Below are positions 49,521-58,372 of a stretch of DNA of 64,000 nucleotides, piece after piece. Positions within the stretch are counted from its first letter, which is position 1. Every line of letters begins with the position of its first letter. Source of the DNA: Woeseiaceae bacterium (GTDB lineage: Bacteria > Pseudomonadota > Gammaproteobacteria > Steroidobacterales > Woeseiaceae); contig JABDNG010000068.1 of assembly GCA_013001045.1 (NCBI GenBank), positions 7,789 through 71,788 on the forward strand. Direction: 5' to 3'. A program made the position numbers and the translations under genes. The notes under the pieces are model-generated. The model had not been told where the DNA came from. It worked only from the letters and a program-made list of their open reading frames with translations, and did not search any database.

Positions 49521-51199
49521 TGCCGATCAATAAATTCGTTCTCTCTCTGCTGATGGTTGTGTGCGTTTGCGTCGCTGCGATATCAAACGCAGCGGCGGCG
49601 GTTCGGGCGCAGGTCGACCGTCCGTCGGTGGATCTCAATGAATCGTTCATGCTGGAGGTAATCGTCGATTCGAATACCGACCTGGAGCCCGATCTCACAG
49701 TGCTCGAAGACGGGTTTTATCTAGGCCAGGTCAGCCAGCTCAGTAACACATCGATCTACAACGGCAGTATCCGGCGCAGCCGAACCTGGACGATAGCGTT
49801 AATGCCAAAGAGCACGGGCGAACAGGAAATTCCATCGATCACGGTCGGCACCGAGAAAAGCGAGCCGCTCAAAATCATGGTCAATGAACCGTCCGATGCG
49901 CCGCCAGGTGAGGCCGACGTGTTCGTCGCAAGTGAGATCGATCAGACGGAAGCTTACGTACAGGCACAAATTCTGTATCGCATCAAAGTCTATCGCGCCG
50001 TTGCCACACGCCAGCCGGCTTTGCGCGAGCCGACGATCAGCGGCGTGGAAGCGCTCGTCGAACTGGCGGGCGACGAGCGCAGCTATGAAGCGATCCTGAA
50101 CGGCAAGGCTTACAATGTCGTCGAGCGCGTCATTGCCCTTTATCCGCAAGAGAGTGGCGAGGTCTCGATCTCGCCGGCGGTGTTCGAGGCACGCGTCCTG
50201 CGCGGCGGCCGCATCACGGGCCGCAAGGTATTTCAGTCCGACGCCCACACGATCAAGGTCCTGCCGATTCCGGCGCCCCCGGACGATTTCCCGGACGCGG
50301 CCTGGCTGCCGGCGCGCGATGTACAACTTAGCGAGGAGTGGTCGCGCGAGCCGGACCGCATCAATGCGGGCGAGCCCGTTACTCGGCGCGTGACGATCAG
50401 TGCCCTCGGCCAAATCGAAACGCAGATTCCCGCGATCGGACCGCCCAGCGTCGACGGATTGAATGTCTATGCGGACAAACCCGAACTGAGTCGACGTGTC
50501 GAAACAGACGGCATCCGCGGCGTGCGCAAGGATCAGTACGCGATGATCGGCGTAAATGGCGGCGATATTGAGCTGCCGGCACTCGACATTCCGTGGTGGG
50601 ACATCGACGCCGGCAGCTGGCGTGTTGCGTCGTTGCCGGGGCGTACAATAAAGGTGCGGGCGCTCGACGAGCCGGCAATCGCCGCGCCGGTTGCCGCGCC
50701 TTCGGCGACGGCGGATGCTAGGGAAACGCCGGCACTAAAAATCATGCCGGACGGCTTCTGGCCGCGGGTCAGTCAATTGCTGGCTGCCGCGTGGTTACTG
50801 ACGATATTCGCCTGGTGGTGGTCATCGCGCGACAAGAAGCGCACGCCACGTGAGCCGGCGCCACCACCCGTCTACAAACGACAGGCCAGGTTCGTAAAGG
50901 CCGCAAGGAAAGCGGCTGTGGCCGGTGATGGTGCCGCGGTCCGCTCCGCTATGTTGGACTGGGGCCGCCTGCAGTGGCCGGACGACGCGCCGCGCAGTGT
51001 TGGTGAGCTTGCCGAACGCGTGTCGCCGCCGCTTTCGGATGAGTTACGAAAACTGTCGATGGCAAGCTATGGTCCAGGCGGCCGTGATTGGGACGGGGCG
51101 GCGCTGGCGAAATCGCTCAAGTCAATCGTACTTGCGAGCGACAAAGTTCAGGCTGGAAGCGAGGATACGTTGCCGCCGCTGATGCCGCCTGCGGCGTGA
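49514..51199 (+). CDS. batD: BatD-family ('oxygen tolerance') protein
   Basis: Signal peptide, repeated beta-rich segments, a C-terminal TM segment, and an intracellular tail. Terminal position in the Bat-type operon. Confidence 0.75.
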   Translation: MVMPINKFVLSLLMVVCVCVAAISNAAAAVRAQVDRPSVDLNESFMLEVIVDSNTDLEPDLTVLEDGFYLGQVSQLSNTSIYNGSIRRSRTWTIALMPKSTGEQEIPSITVGTEKSEPLKIMVNEPSDAPPGEADVFVASEIDQTEAYVQAQILYRIKVYRAVATRQPALREPTISGVEALVELAGDERSYEAILNGKAYNVVERVIALYPQESGEVSISPAVFEARVLRGGRITGRKVFQSDAHTIKVLPIPAPPDDFPDAAWLPARDVQLSEEWSREPDRINAGEPVTRRVTISALGQIETQIPAIGPPSVDGLNVYADKPELSRRVETDGIRGVRKDQYAMIGVNGGDIELPALDIPWWDIDAGSWRVASLPGRTIKVRALDEPAIAAPVAAPSATADARETPALKIMPDGFWPRVSQLLAAAWLLTIFAWWWSSRDKKRTPREPAPPPVYKRQARFVKAARKAAVAGDGAAVRSAMLDWGRLQWPDDAPRSVGELAERVSPPLSDELRKLSMASYGPGGRDWDGAALAKSLKSIVLASDKVQAGSEDTLPPLMPPAA

Positions 51200-51676
51200 T
51201 CGCGAATGTCGGCCTGCGGGCCGGATCGAACAAAAGAATTATGTGACATAACAGACTGCTACGCGGTGAATAGGCGTACAATAACAATGTAGCCTCTGGA
51301 GCTATCCAGAAGACCAAGGTCACTCTCAATGGAAACATTGTTTCAGATATTCGATAACGTCGAAGATGCCATCGTCGCGATGGCATTGCGATTGCGGCGC
51401 TTTCTAACCCGTCGCCCGCAGGAACGGCGGCGAGTCGCCAGAACACCGATGGTGAAACCGCAGCATCAAGGTCCGCGTCAAGCCGATAGCGGACCTGCCG
51501 AGCCCGCTGACCAGGACTGATATCAGCCAGCGATGCCGGATCGCTGCATATATTTACTTCGCCATGAGGCCGTGCGTTCTTGATCACGATACGCGGTGCT
51601 GTACGGCGCATTCTTCAAGCTCAATCACTGCCATAGCGCCTCTGGACAAGGAGCACGCCTTTCACGAATTTGCGAA

Positions 51677-51710
51677 CCCTCCTGTCGATGCAGGAGCAGA
51701 CATCGATAGC
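51677..51710 (+). repeat. Degenerate copy of the dispersed repeat (hairpin CTCCTG-TCGATG-CAGGAG followed by CAGACATCG)
   Basis: CCCTCCTGTCGATGCAGGAGCAGACATCGATAGCG aligns with the copy CCGCTCCTGGTGAAAGCAGACATTAGCG at 58197-58224. Confidence 0.35.
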
Positions 51711-51803
51711 GTTGAGTTGTTATCTACCGTTAATGACCCGGAGCGGGCCTTGAAATGATGGGGTTTTGAGCGGCAGGGATCGACTCTTAAGCCTTCACTC
51801 TCG

Positions 51804-52253
51804 TTGAACGAATCAAATCCCCTGCGTTACACCGACGCGGGCATAGGAGCAAAAACGTCCATGCTAGTTGCCGGATTGGTTGTAGCCGCCTTCGGCGGAT
51901 TAGTCATTTACTTGCTTGTAAGCAACGTAGAGTCCTTATCCAGACCATTTCTGAAATTTCTCGGATATTTCTTGATATTCGTAAGCGCTGTTGAGTTGCT
52001 TATTCTCATTTGGGTCCTGGTATTCATAGCAATCAGCGATTGGTCTATATGGGGTCTTTCTTTTGATGGCTTCTGGAGAGAGCAACTATCTGCTATCTAT
52101 TTCATCAAAGAGTGGCTCTATTCCTGGTTTTGGAATGACTTAATGAATCTCTTCTTTGTATTCCTGCCAGCGGTGGTGTTTCTGACTCTCAGGACAACCA
52201 TTACGACGGTTCTGGGTTTCTGGGCCCTGGCCGCCTCCAAAAGACAGGTCTGA
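51804..52253 (+). CDS. Hypothetical membrane protein (AT-rich orphan)
   Basis: Four hydrophobic segments. Clearly lower GC than its neighbours: 37-42% in hand-counted 60-nt lines at 51901-52020. The start (TTG 51804 or an internal ATG) is uncertain. Confidence 0.45.
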   Translation: MNESNPLRYTDAGIGAKTSMLVAGLVVAAFGGLVIYLLVSNVESLSRPFLKFLGYFLIFVSAVELLILIWVLVFIAISDWSIWGLSFDGFWREQLSAIYFIKEWLYSWFWNDLMNLFFVFLPAVVFLTLRTTITTVLGFWALAASKRQV

Positions 52254-52260
52254 TCAAGCC

Positions 52261-52782
52261 CTACAGACCGGGGGCCTCGTCGAGGTCGAACTCGACCTCG
52301 GCGCTAGCGCTCGATGGTAGCTTGGCCATGGCCTCTCGCAGCATCTCGACGTGCTCGGCCTCCTCGTCTCGAAGCTCGGTGAACAGTTCCCGGACCTCGG
52401 GATTGGTGATGCCGGGCAAGGCCATGTCATAGAAGTCGTATGCCTTCTTCTCAGCAGCGAGCCCGACCTCGAACGCCTCGACGGTGGACATACCGCGGCG
52501 TGGGGCACCCATGTCCGGGGCCTCTACGTCGAACAGGTCGTCGAGCGTCAGCCGCGCGGGGGCATCACCGAACAGAGCCTTGCGCCGAGCCTCCAGCTCT
52601 TCGCCGTGCTTGGCCTCGTTCTCGACCATCGTGCCGAAGAAGGCTCCTGCGTCGTAGCCGCCGGTGCGACCGAGTTGGGACGCGAACATCTGGTAGCGGT
52701 GGCACGCCTCCATCTCGATCAGCTTCGCGAGGTCAAGGGCATCCATTAGGCTGAGTTTTGACAGGTCAAGACGGGTAGACAT
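52261..52782 (-). CDS. Ferritin-like / rubrerythrin-family di-iron protein (no rubredoxin domain)
   Basis: Two E..H-containing helices (MEACHRY... ENEAKHGEE; GLAAEKKAYDFY... RDEEAEHVEML). I prefer the ATG at 52782 (MSTRLDLSKL). Confidence 0.65.
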   Translation of the reverse strand: MSTRLDLSKLSLMDALDLAKLIEMEACHRYQMFASQLGRTGGYDAGAFFGTMVENEAKHGEELEARRKALFGDAPARLTLDDLFDVEAPDMGAPRRGMSTVEAFEVGLAAEKKAYDFYDMALPGITNPEVRELFTELRDEEAEHVEMLREAMAKLPSSASAEVEFDLDEAPGL

Positions 52783-53125
52783 TAAATCGGCTCCTGGTCT
52801 GGGTTTGATGTTCCGAAGCGGCCCGTCGGGGGCGCCTCGAGTGATCCGAACCCGCCTGGTCCCGTCAGCGGGCCCGGCGGCTCTTGCGGCGGTGAGATGA
52901 TAACACCACCGAGCGGATTCGCGTGACATTGCAGCAGCGTTTTATTGCGTTACTTCGGAGGATATGCAGGTTTGAGTGGCGGCGTAAGCACATGAGAAAC
53001 TGGCCCGACACCGCTCGCACCGAAATTTGCCACCGGCATCTAGCTCCTATGTACCATGCAGCCCAATCAGGCATTCAGCGTCCGTTAGAATATGCGACCA
53101 CTGGCATCGCAAGGAACAGCGAATC

Positions 53126-53902
53126 ATGACGGTATCGGGCACTAACTTTGGTAAGGCGGCAGAAGACTACGGCACTTTTCGGGCCGGCTTCCCGGAATCG
53201 ATTTTTGATCGGCTTGCCGCGTTCAATATTGGATTGCCGGATCACACCGTAATCGATCTCGGGACTGGAACCGGAACATTAGCGCGTGGATTTGCGCTCA
53301 GGGGCAGCAAGGTAATCGGCGTTGACCCGGATCCCCGAATGATCGGTGAGGCAAAAAAGCTGGATCGACAGAATAAAGTCAGCATCAGGTACGTGGAGGC
53401 AAGAGCCGAGTCCACGGGCCTGGACAGCAGCGCTGCCGATGTTGTCACGGCGGGTCAGTGTTGGCACTGGTTCGATCAGCCTCGGGCAATTGCAGAGGTA
53501 ATTCGCTTGCTCAAGCCTGGCGGGAAACTTGTCATCGCCAACTTCGATTGGCTGCCACTGGCCGGGAACGTGGTCGAGGCCACGGAAGCGTTGATAATGC
53601 AGTACAACCCTGACTGGCAATTTGGTGGCGGTGTCGGAATGTACCCACAGTACCTTCCGGTTTTGAGCGGGGCCGGTATTCAAGACATTCAGACGTTTTC
53701 CTATGACATGGATGTGCCTTATTCGCCAGAGGCGTGGAGAGGCCGTATCCGCGCAAGTGCGGGCGTCGCTGCATTGAGTGCGGCCGCAGCTCGCAAGTTT
53801 GATACGGGTCTTAAAGAGTTGCTTTCCGCCCGGTTTCCATCGAGCGTCCTCGCGGTACCCCATCGCGTATTCGCAATTGTCGCGGAGGCGGCAAACAAAT
53901 GA
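53126..53902 (+). CDS. Class I SAM-dependent methyltransferase
   Basis: Motif I VIDLGTGTGTLARG, then VIGVDPD, then KPGGKLVI. I prefer the ATG at 53126. Confidence 0.8.
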   Translation: MTVSGTNFGKAAEDYGTFRAGFPESIFDRLAAFNIGLPDHTVIDLGTGTGTLARGFALRGSKVIGVDPDPRMIGEAKKLDRQNKVSIRYVEARAESTGLDSSAADVVTAGQCWHWFDQPRAIAEVIRLLKPGGKLVIANFDWLPLAGNVVEATEALIMQYNPDWQFGGGVGMYPQYLPVLSGAGIQDIQTFSYDMDVPYSPEAWRGRIRASAGVAALSAAAARKFDTGLKELLSARFPSSVLAVPHRVFAIVAEAANK

Positions 53903-54037
53903 CCGCCACTCCCCGGAAGCAGCCGGTCAAAAGGCTGATTTCTGGTTAGTCTGAAGATCCGACCTGGGGAAGAAGGGGTGTCCTCGTTTTCACCGTCGGA
54001 AGCCTTTCTTCCGATCGTCCACCGGTTGAAACCGCAC

Positions 54038-54108
54038 TCGCATAGCCGCCGTTGGAACGATCCGGGGTAAAATGTCGGCTACTGACCCGCAGCAGCCATT
54101 TGATGACG
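54038..54108 (+). repeat. Dispersed intergenic repeat, copy A (core GCTACTGACCCGCAGCAGCC at 54078-54097)
   Basis: About 70 nt align at roughly three quarters identity by eye with copy D at 57625-57695. An internal hairpin pairs TAGCCGCC (54043-50) with GTCGGCTA (54074-81), 7 of 8 positions. Confidence 0.7.
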
Positions 54109-54139
54109 GATGCTGATTCGACTGTTAACTGCCAATACA

Positions 54140-54520
54140 ATGAAGATTATTGAACTCGACCATTACAACTTGCGCGCGCCCCGCGAGCTTCTTGAGAGAT
54201 TGCGCCTCTTTTACACAGAAACAGTGGGATTGTCCGTCGGGTACCGGCCGCGTTTCCAGAAGTTTGGCTACTGGCTCTACGCGGGTGACCATGCTGTCTT
54301 ACATTTGTCTGAATCTTCGCAAGATAATGTGATGCCAACTGATCAAACTTCATTCAATCATGCGGCGTTCAATTGCTCAGGTCTTGAAGAATTCCAACAG
54401 CGGCTTTCGAAACTCGGAGTTGAATACAGCACTGCTCGTGTTCCCGAGCTGAAGCGAGTTCAGTTATTCTTTAGTGACCCTGCTGGCAATGGCGTTGAGC
54501 TTAGCTTCCCTGATGATTAG
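54140..54520 (+). CDS. VOC-family (glyoxalase/bleomycin-resistance/dioxygenase fold) protein
   Basis: About 126 aa. LDHYNL near the N-terminus, FNHAAF, and C-terminal F.DP.GN.VEL are typical of VOC. I prefer the ATG at 54140. Confidence 0.75.
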   Translation: MKIIELDHYNLRAPRELLERLRLFYTETVGLSVGYRPRFQKFGYWLYAGDHAVLHLSESSQDNVMPTDQTSFNHAAFNCSGLEEFQQRLSKLGVEYSTARVPELKRVQLFFSDPAGNGVELSFPDD

Positions 54521-54660
54521 TTCGGCAATAGATGGCTTCACAAGTTCATGATGTCGTGTGCGGTACGCTCGAACGTCAGGATCTGGCCGTTCTGAGCCGG
54601 TCATCACGAAGATCAACCAACGACTTCTGTGGTTCGCAAAGCCGCGGGCCGAACGATCTG

Positions 54661-54697
54661 CGGCAAAATAACAGCTGCTGACGCTAAGCCGACATCA
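54661..54697 (+). repeat. Dispersed intergenic repeat, degenerate copy B (core GCTGCTGACGCTAAGCCGAC at 54674-54693)
   Basis: GGCAAAATAACAGCTGCTGACGCTAAGCCGACAT aligns with GGCTGAAAGGGGTTGCTACTGACCCAAAGCAGACAT (copy H). Confidence 0.5.
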
Positions 54698-54894
54698 ATA
54701 GGCACATCCCAGAATTGACTACATTGGCAGTCGTGGGAAAATTGGTACTGCGATAAAGGCAAACCTGGTGAAAACTAGGGACGCAAAGCCACGGGTCCTC
54801 GCTTCCTCCGAGAAGCCACCGCCCACTCCCCGAAGGACCCCAGGATGGCCGGGCTGCCAGGCCCGAGTTTCAGGCCGATTATGGAGGGCTGGCT

Positions 54895-56550
54895 ATGCGT
54901 AGTTTATTATTTCTACTAACACTCTTTCTCACTGCGTGCGGCGGTAACGGCGCCGGGTTCGACGTCGCGCCAGAACCAGTCCAGCATGCGCCCGAGATAT
55001 CGAACTTGAAGCTGTCCCCGGACAGCGCCCTGCACATGGCGGGAGGTGGTAGCGTTCAGGTAACGGCGGAGTTTGCTTTTATCGACCTCGGGCGGGATAT
55101 CCAGACGCTGCACGTCAGGATGTCGGACGGCACGGACCTATCGATTCCGGTCTCCAAATCGGCCAATTCGGTATCCGGAACGTTAAACGAGACGTTCGAT
55201 GTGACCACGGCTAATGGCTATGGCTGCACAATCGAAATCTGGCTGGTCGACAAGGCGGGCCAAAGTTCGAATCACTTGTTTGCGGTTCTTTCGATTATTA
55301 GACATGCGCCCGAAATCTCAAACCTGCAGCTGTCCCCGGACAGCGCACTGTATAGGGAGGGAAACGGCAGTATCGTTGTTACGGCAGAGATTACGTTCAG
55401 GGATGCCGGACGGGACCTACAGACGCTCTGGATTCAGTTGCCGGATGGCACAAGTATCGAATTCGATGAGCCCATTGCTACGGAGACGGGCACGCTCACC
55501 AAAGACTTCACGATATCGACGGAAACGGTTGGCGCATTAGCGGTCGAGTTCTGGCTGGTTGATAAAGCTGGAGAGAGCTCGACTCATCACTCTACGGAGT
55601 TCATTGTTACCTGGAACGCGCAGAGCAGCGACTGGAGCAGTCGTCTGAGCGGGCTGCCGTACGCCTTGCACGACGTCATATGGGATGGATCAGCCTTTGT
55701 CGCCGTTGGCGACAGCGGTGCAGTTCTGACCTCGGCTGATGGCATTGACTGGGTGACACGACTTTCAGGTATCGACGCTGACCTGAATGCGGTTGCAGCC
55801 TACGGCTCGGATATTTTTGCTGTTGGTTTCGAGACCGTGCTGCATTCGACTGACCACGGCGCGACCTGGGTTGCGAAGGCCGCGCCTGCATACATCGTTC
55901 TGTCGGCGGTTGCTATTAACTCATCACACGTTGTTGTCGCCGGGAATGTACCCGATCTTTTCGGTTCTCTCATTTATATTTCCGCGGACCGTGGCGACAC
56001 GTGGCAAGATACAAGTATCAACTGCGGATACTTTTGCGGTCTCTTTGCTGATCTTTACTATCGAGACGGGCTTTTCATTGCGGCGACCACAGGTTTTGGC
56101 TCTGGGGGTCGAGCAATGGTGTCGTCCGATGCGGCGGTGTGGACCGTAATCTTCTATGACGAAGGAGCGGGGTTATTCGCAATCGTCCACGATGGCAGCC
56201 AATACGTCGTGTCCGGCGGCAATGGCGCGGTGTTTAAGTCTTTCGACGGACTCAACTGGACGAAGACGCACCCGCTGGTCGCAGACGTCGACTACCTGAG
56301 CGGAGCATGGAACGGTTCAAAACTAGTGCTTGCCGGCGGCTACTCCTGGCGGTACTACAGCCGCCGTGTTGTTCCACCGCTTGAAGTCCCGGTCGGAATT
56401 TCCAGCACTGATGGTGGCGTGACCTGGGAGGTCTTCAACATCGACGGCAATTACCAGAGCAGCGGCATGGCCTTTGGAAACGGGCGGTTCGTATCGGTCG
56501 GACAATCGGCGCCGGTATCCGGCGAGGGTGCCATCTACACCGCTGATTGA
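54895..56550 (+). CDS. Lipoprotein: two tandem beta-sandwich-like domains of about 106 aa + C-terminal Asp-box (BNR) beta-propeller
   Basis: Lipobox LTAC. Repeated S-x-D-x-G-x-(T)-W Asp-boxes: SADGIDWV, STDHGATWV, SADRGDTWQ, SFDGLNWT, STDGGVTWE. Confidence 0.7.
   Translation: MRSLLFLLTLFLTACGGNGAGFDVAPEPVQHAPEISNLKLSPDSALHMAGGGSVQVTAEFAFIDLGRDIQTLHVRMSDGTDLSIPVSKSANSVSGTLNETFDVTTANGYGCTIEIWLVDKAGQSSNHLFAVLSIIRHAPEISNLQLSPDSALYREGNGSIVVTAEITFRDAGRDLQTLWIQLPDGTSIEFDEPIATETGTLTKDFTISTETVGALAVEFWLVDKAGESSTHHSTEFIVTWNAQSSDWSSRLSGLPYALHDVIWDGSAFVAVGDSGAVLTSADGIDWVTRLSGIDADLNAVAAYGSDIFAVGFETVLHSTDHGATWVAKAAPAYIVLSAVAINSSHVVVAGNVPDLFGSLIYISADRGDTWQDTSINCGYFCGLFADLYYRDGLFIAATTGFGSGGRAMVSSDAAVWTVIFYDEGAGLFAIVHDGSQYVVSGGNGAVFKSFDGLNWTKTHPLVADVDYLSGAWNGSKLVLAGGYSWRYYSRRVVPPLEVPVGISSTDGGVTWEVFNIDGNYQSSGMAFGNGRFVSVGQSAPVSGEGAIYTAD
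54985..55617 (+). repeat. Intragenic tandem duplication (2 x about 318 nt) encoding the two N-terminal domains of the lipoprotein
   Basis: HAPEISNLKLSPDSAL...IWLVDKAGQSSNH (from 54985) compared with HAPEISNLQLSPDSAL...FWLVDKAGESSTH (from 55303). Confidence 0.85.
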
Positions 56551-56585
56551 TGAGAACGACGAGCAATGAAGGTCTGCAAATGGCC

Positions 56586-56648
56586 GTAAGCAGCCTTTGG
56601 GCTGATAAACTGCTGAACGACTGCTACTGATCCATTGCAGCTGTTTAC
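56586..56648 (+). repeat. Dispersed intergenic repeat, copy C, forming a long imperfect hairpin (core GCTACTGATCCATTGCAGC at 56623-56641)
   Basis: GTAAGCAGC (56586-94) pairs with GCTGTTTAC (56640-48). The left arm GCAGCCTTTGGGCTGATAAAC is an inverted, degenerate version of the core. The element ends 3 nt before the ATG at 56652. Confidence 0.6.
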
Positions 56649-56651
56649 ATT

Positions 56652-57503
56652 ATGAAAGTCGATCGAATACAGAAGATCATGTTGCAGGTGGCGTTCCTGC
56701 AGATATTCATAGCCGATGCTGCATTTGCAGATGAGCTAATTGTATTCGTGCATCCAGAAGAAGCTCAAGAGGTGATCGAGCGTAACGAAATGCAATACGA
56801 GGAGATTCGTTGGCACTCCTTTCCCAATCACATTCGTATAGCGAAGATCAGGGTCGAACTGTTGCATGAGCCTGGGGCTGAAATCAGCATCACGCCATTT
56901 GACGATGTCACTCCAGTTTTTGTTGTAAGCGAGGGCATTACAGAAAGTAAGTGGACCGGCGTAAAGACGCGCGGGGGAGTCCCGAAAGACATTCTCAAAG
57001 TTGAACTTGAGAGGCAAGGGGCTTCGGGGATATATGACGAACTGGTTCGACAGTTCAACTTGGTCGAATTACGGGTCGGAACAGTCCTAAGGGACCGCGA
57101 TACGGGGGAAGCCATAGCGTATCAGGGCCAATACAAGCTTGTACCCGCCGGGCAGGAAATCGGTCCCATACTAAGCAATGTACCGGTGTTTAGTGAGGAA
57201 CAGGTAAAGGAACAGACTTACGTCTATGGCACCATTAAGGTACTTGACCCCCTGGCCGGGGCTGGGACTTTACGGTCGTTTACAATTAAGCGGCTGGACA
57301 ATGATGCCGAGTATGTGATGATTTATGAGTGGGATAATTCCAAGAATCATTATCTGATGGAGCCGCCGCATGATCCTGCGGCATGGGCCGAATCGGAGCT
57401 GGGGCAGAAATACGAAAGCCTCCGCAAAGAGAAAGAAGCATACTTGGCGCAAGTAGCTGAACGAATTGCAAAACGAAATCAAAGTCGGGGCGCGCAAGAC
57501 TGA
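56652..57503 (+). CDS. Hypothetical secreted protein (orphan)
   Basis: 283-aa ORF with a hydrophobic N-terminus (MLQVAFLQIFIADAAFA). I see no recognisable domain and no Shine-Dalgarno sequence. Confidence 0.45.
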   Translation: MKVDRIQKIMLQVAFLQIFIADAAFADELIVFVHPEEAQEVIERNEMQYEEIRWHSFPNHIRIAKIRVELLHEPGAEISITPFDDVTPVFVVSEGITESKWTGVKTRGGVPKDILKVELERQGASGIYDELVRQFNLVELRVGTVLRDRDTGEAIAYQGQYKLVPAGQEIGPILSNVPVFSEEQVKEQTYVYGTIKVLDPLAGAGTLRSFTIKRLDNDAEYVMIYEWDNSKNHYLMEPPHDPAAWAESELGQKYESLRKEKEAYLAQVAERIAKRNQSRGAQD

Positions 57504-57624
57504 CCACGAAGTTCATTATTTACCGGTTTCTGCGTGTGACAAGAAAATTTCGTGCGCGAACTGACCGGCCGCTATTGGCCGACTGCAGAAGTCCAGCTGG
57601 AACCTGGAAAAACGACTGCTTCAC

Positions 57625-57695
57625 TTCGCATACCCGCCGGTCGATTGAGGTAGGGTAAACTGTCGGCTACTGACCCATTGCCGCCATTTGTCAAT
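57625..57695 (+). repeat. Dispersed intergenic repeat, copy D (core GCTACTGACCCATTGCCGCC at 57666-57685)
   Basis: TTCGCATACCCGCCGGTCGATTGAGGTAGGGTAAACTGTCGGCTACTGACCCATTGCCGCCATTTGTC is colinear with copy A. Confidence 0.7.
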
Positions 57696-57715
57696 TTGTC
57701 ACGCAGGAAAAAATT

Positions 57716-58081
57716 ATGAGCTACATTGACGGATTTGTTATCGCCGTGCCGACCGCAAAGAAACAAGAATATATCGAGCACGCCAAGCTCGGCGACAGCG
57801 TGTTCATGGAATTCGGGGCGACACGGATTGTCGAATGCTGGGCAGACGATGTGCCCACTGGTGAGGTGACCGATTTTCGCAAGTCGGTTCAGGCGACGGC
57901 CGATGAAACGGTCGTATTCTCCTGGATCGAATGGCCTGACAAGGAAACGCGCGATGCCGGCATGAGTAAAATGATGTCGGACGAATTTAACGACGAGCGG
58001 ATGGATCCGAACAAAAATCCCGCGCCGTTCGACGGCAAGCGCCTGATCTACGGCGGCTTCATGCCGATTGTCGAACTTTGA
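57716..58081 (+). CDS. DUF1428-family protein
   Basis: 121 aa. MSYIDGFV.AVP at the N-terminus, then E.WADDVP.G..TDF, then V.FSWI.W, then YGGF. Typical of DUF1428. Confidence 0.75.
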   Translation: MSYIDGFVIAVPTAKKQEYIEHAKLGDSVFMEFGATRIVECWADDVPTGEVTDFRKSVQATADETVVFSWIEWPDKETRDAGMSKMMSDEFNDERMDPNKNPAPFDGKRLIYGGFMPIVEL

Positions 58082-58194
58082 ATGCACCAGTTCTTGCTGA
58101 CGTAACCGAAGATGCATGAGAAAAGACGCTCTGGCGGGAAGTAGGTAAGAATCTCTGCAATCGTGCTGTTCGGTCGCCCCCGTGCAGAGCTGAC

Positions 58195-58224
58195 TGTCCG
58201 CTCCTGGTGAAAGCAGACATTAGC
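58195..58224 (+). repeat. Dispersed intergenic repeat, degenerate copy E (GCTCCTGGTGAAAGCAGAC at 58200-58218)
   Basis: Shares ..GCT.CTG....AAAGCAGACAT with copies G and H. Confidence 0.45.
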
Positions 58225-58261
58225 GATCTCGAGCGGCTTCTGGGCTAGAGTGGCTCAAATG

Positions 58262-58288
58262 GGCCGCAGATGACCCAAAGCGTTCGCT
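58262..58288 (+). repeat. Dispersed intergenic repeat, degenerate copy F (GCAGATGACCCAAAGCGTTC at 58266-58285)
   Basis: Contains the TGACCCAAAGC core. Confidence 0.4.
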
Positions 58289-58372
58289 CACATCATTTTG
58301 GCGACTAGCACTAGCTCTACTGTGGAGTCGCAACACCATTGCCGATTTCACTCAGGCTGAAATTTTGGTAGT

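Noticed and set aside
51329-51520. 63-codon plus-strand ORF (and the 164-codon minus-strand ORF at 51117-51611) in the batD-downstream spacer
   Set aside because: There is no Shine-Dalgarno sequence, the Arg/Pro-rich translations look non-protein-like, and the two overlap each other. I treat the region as non-coding until shown otherwise.
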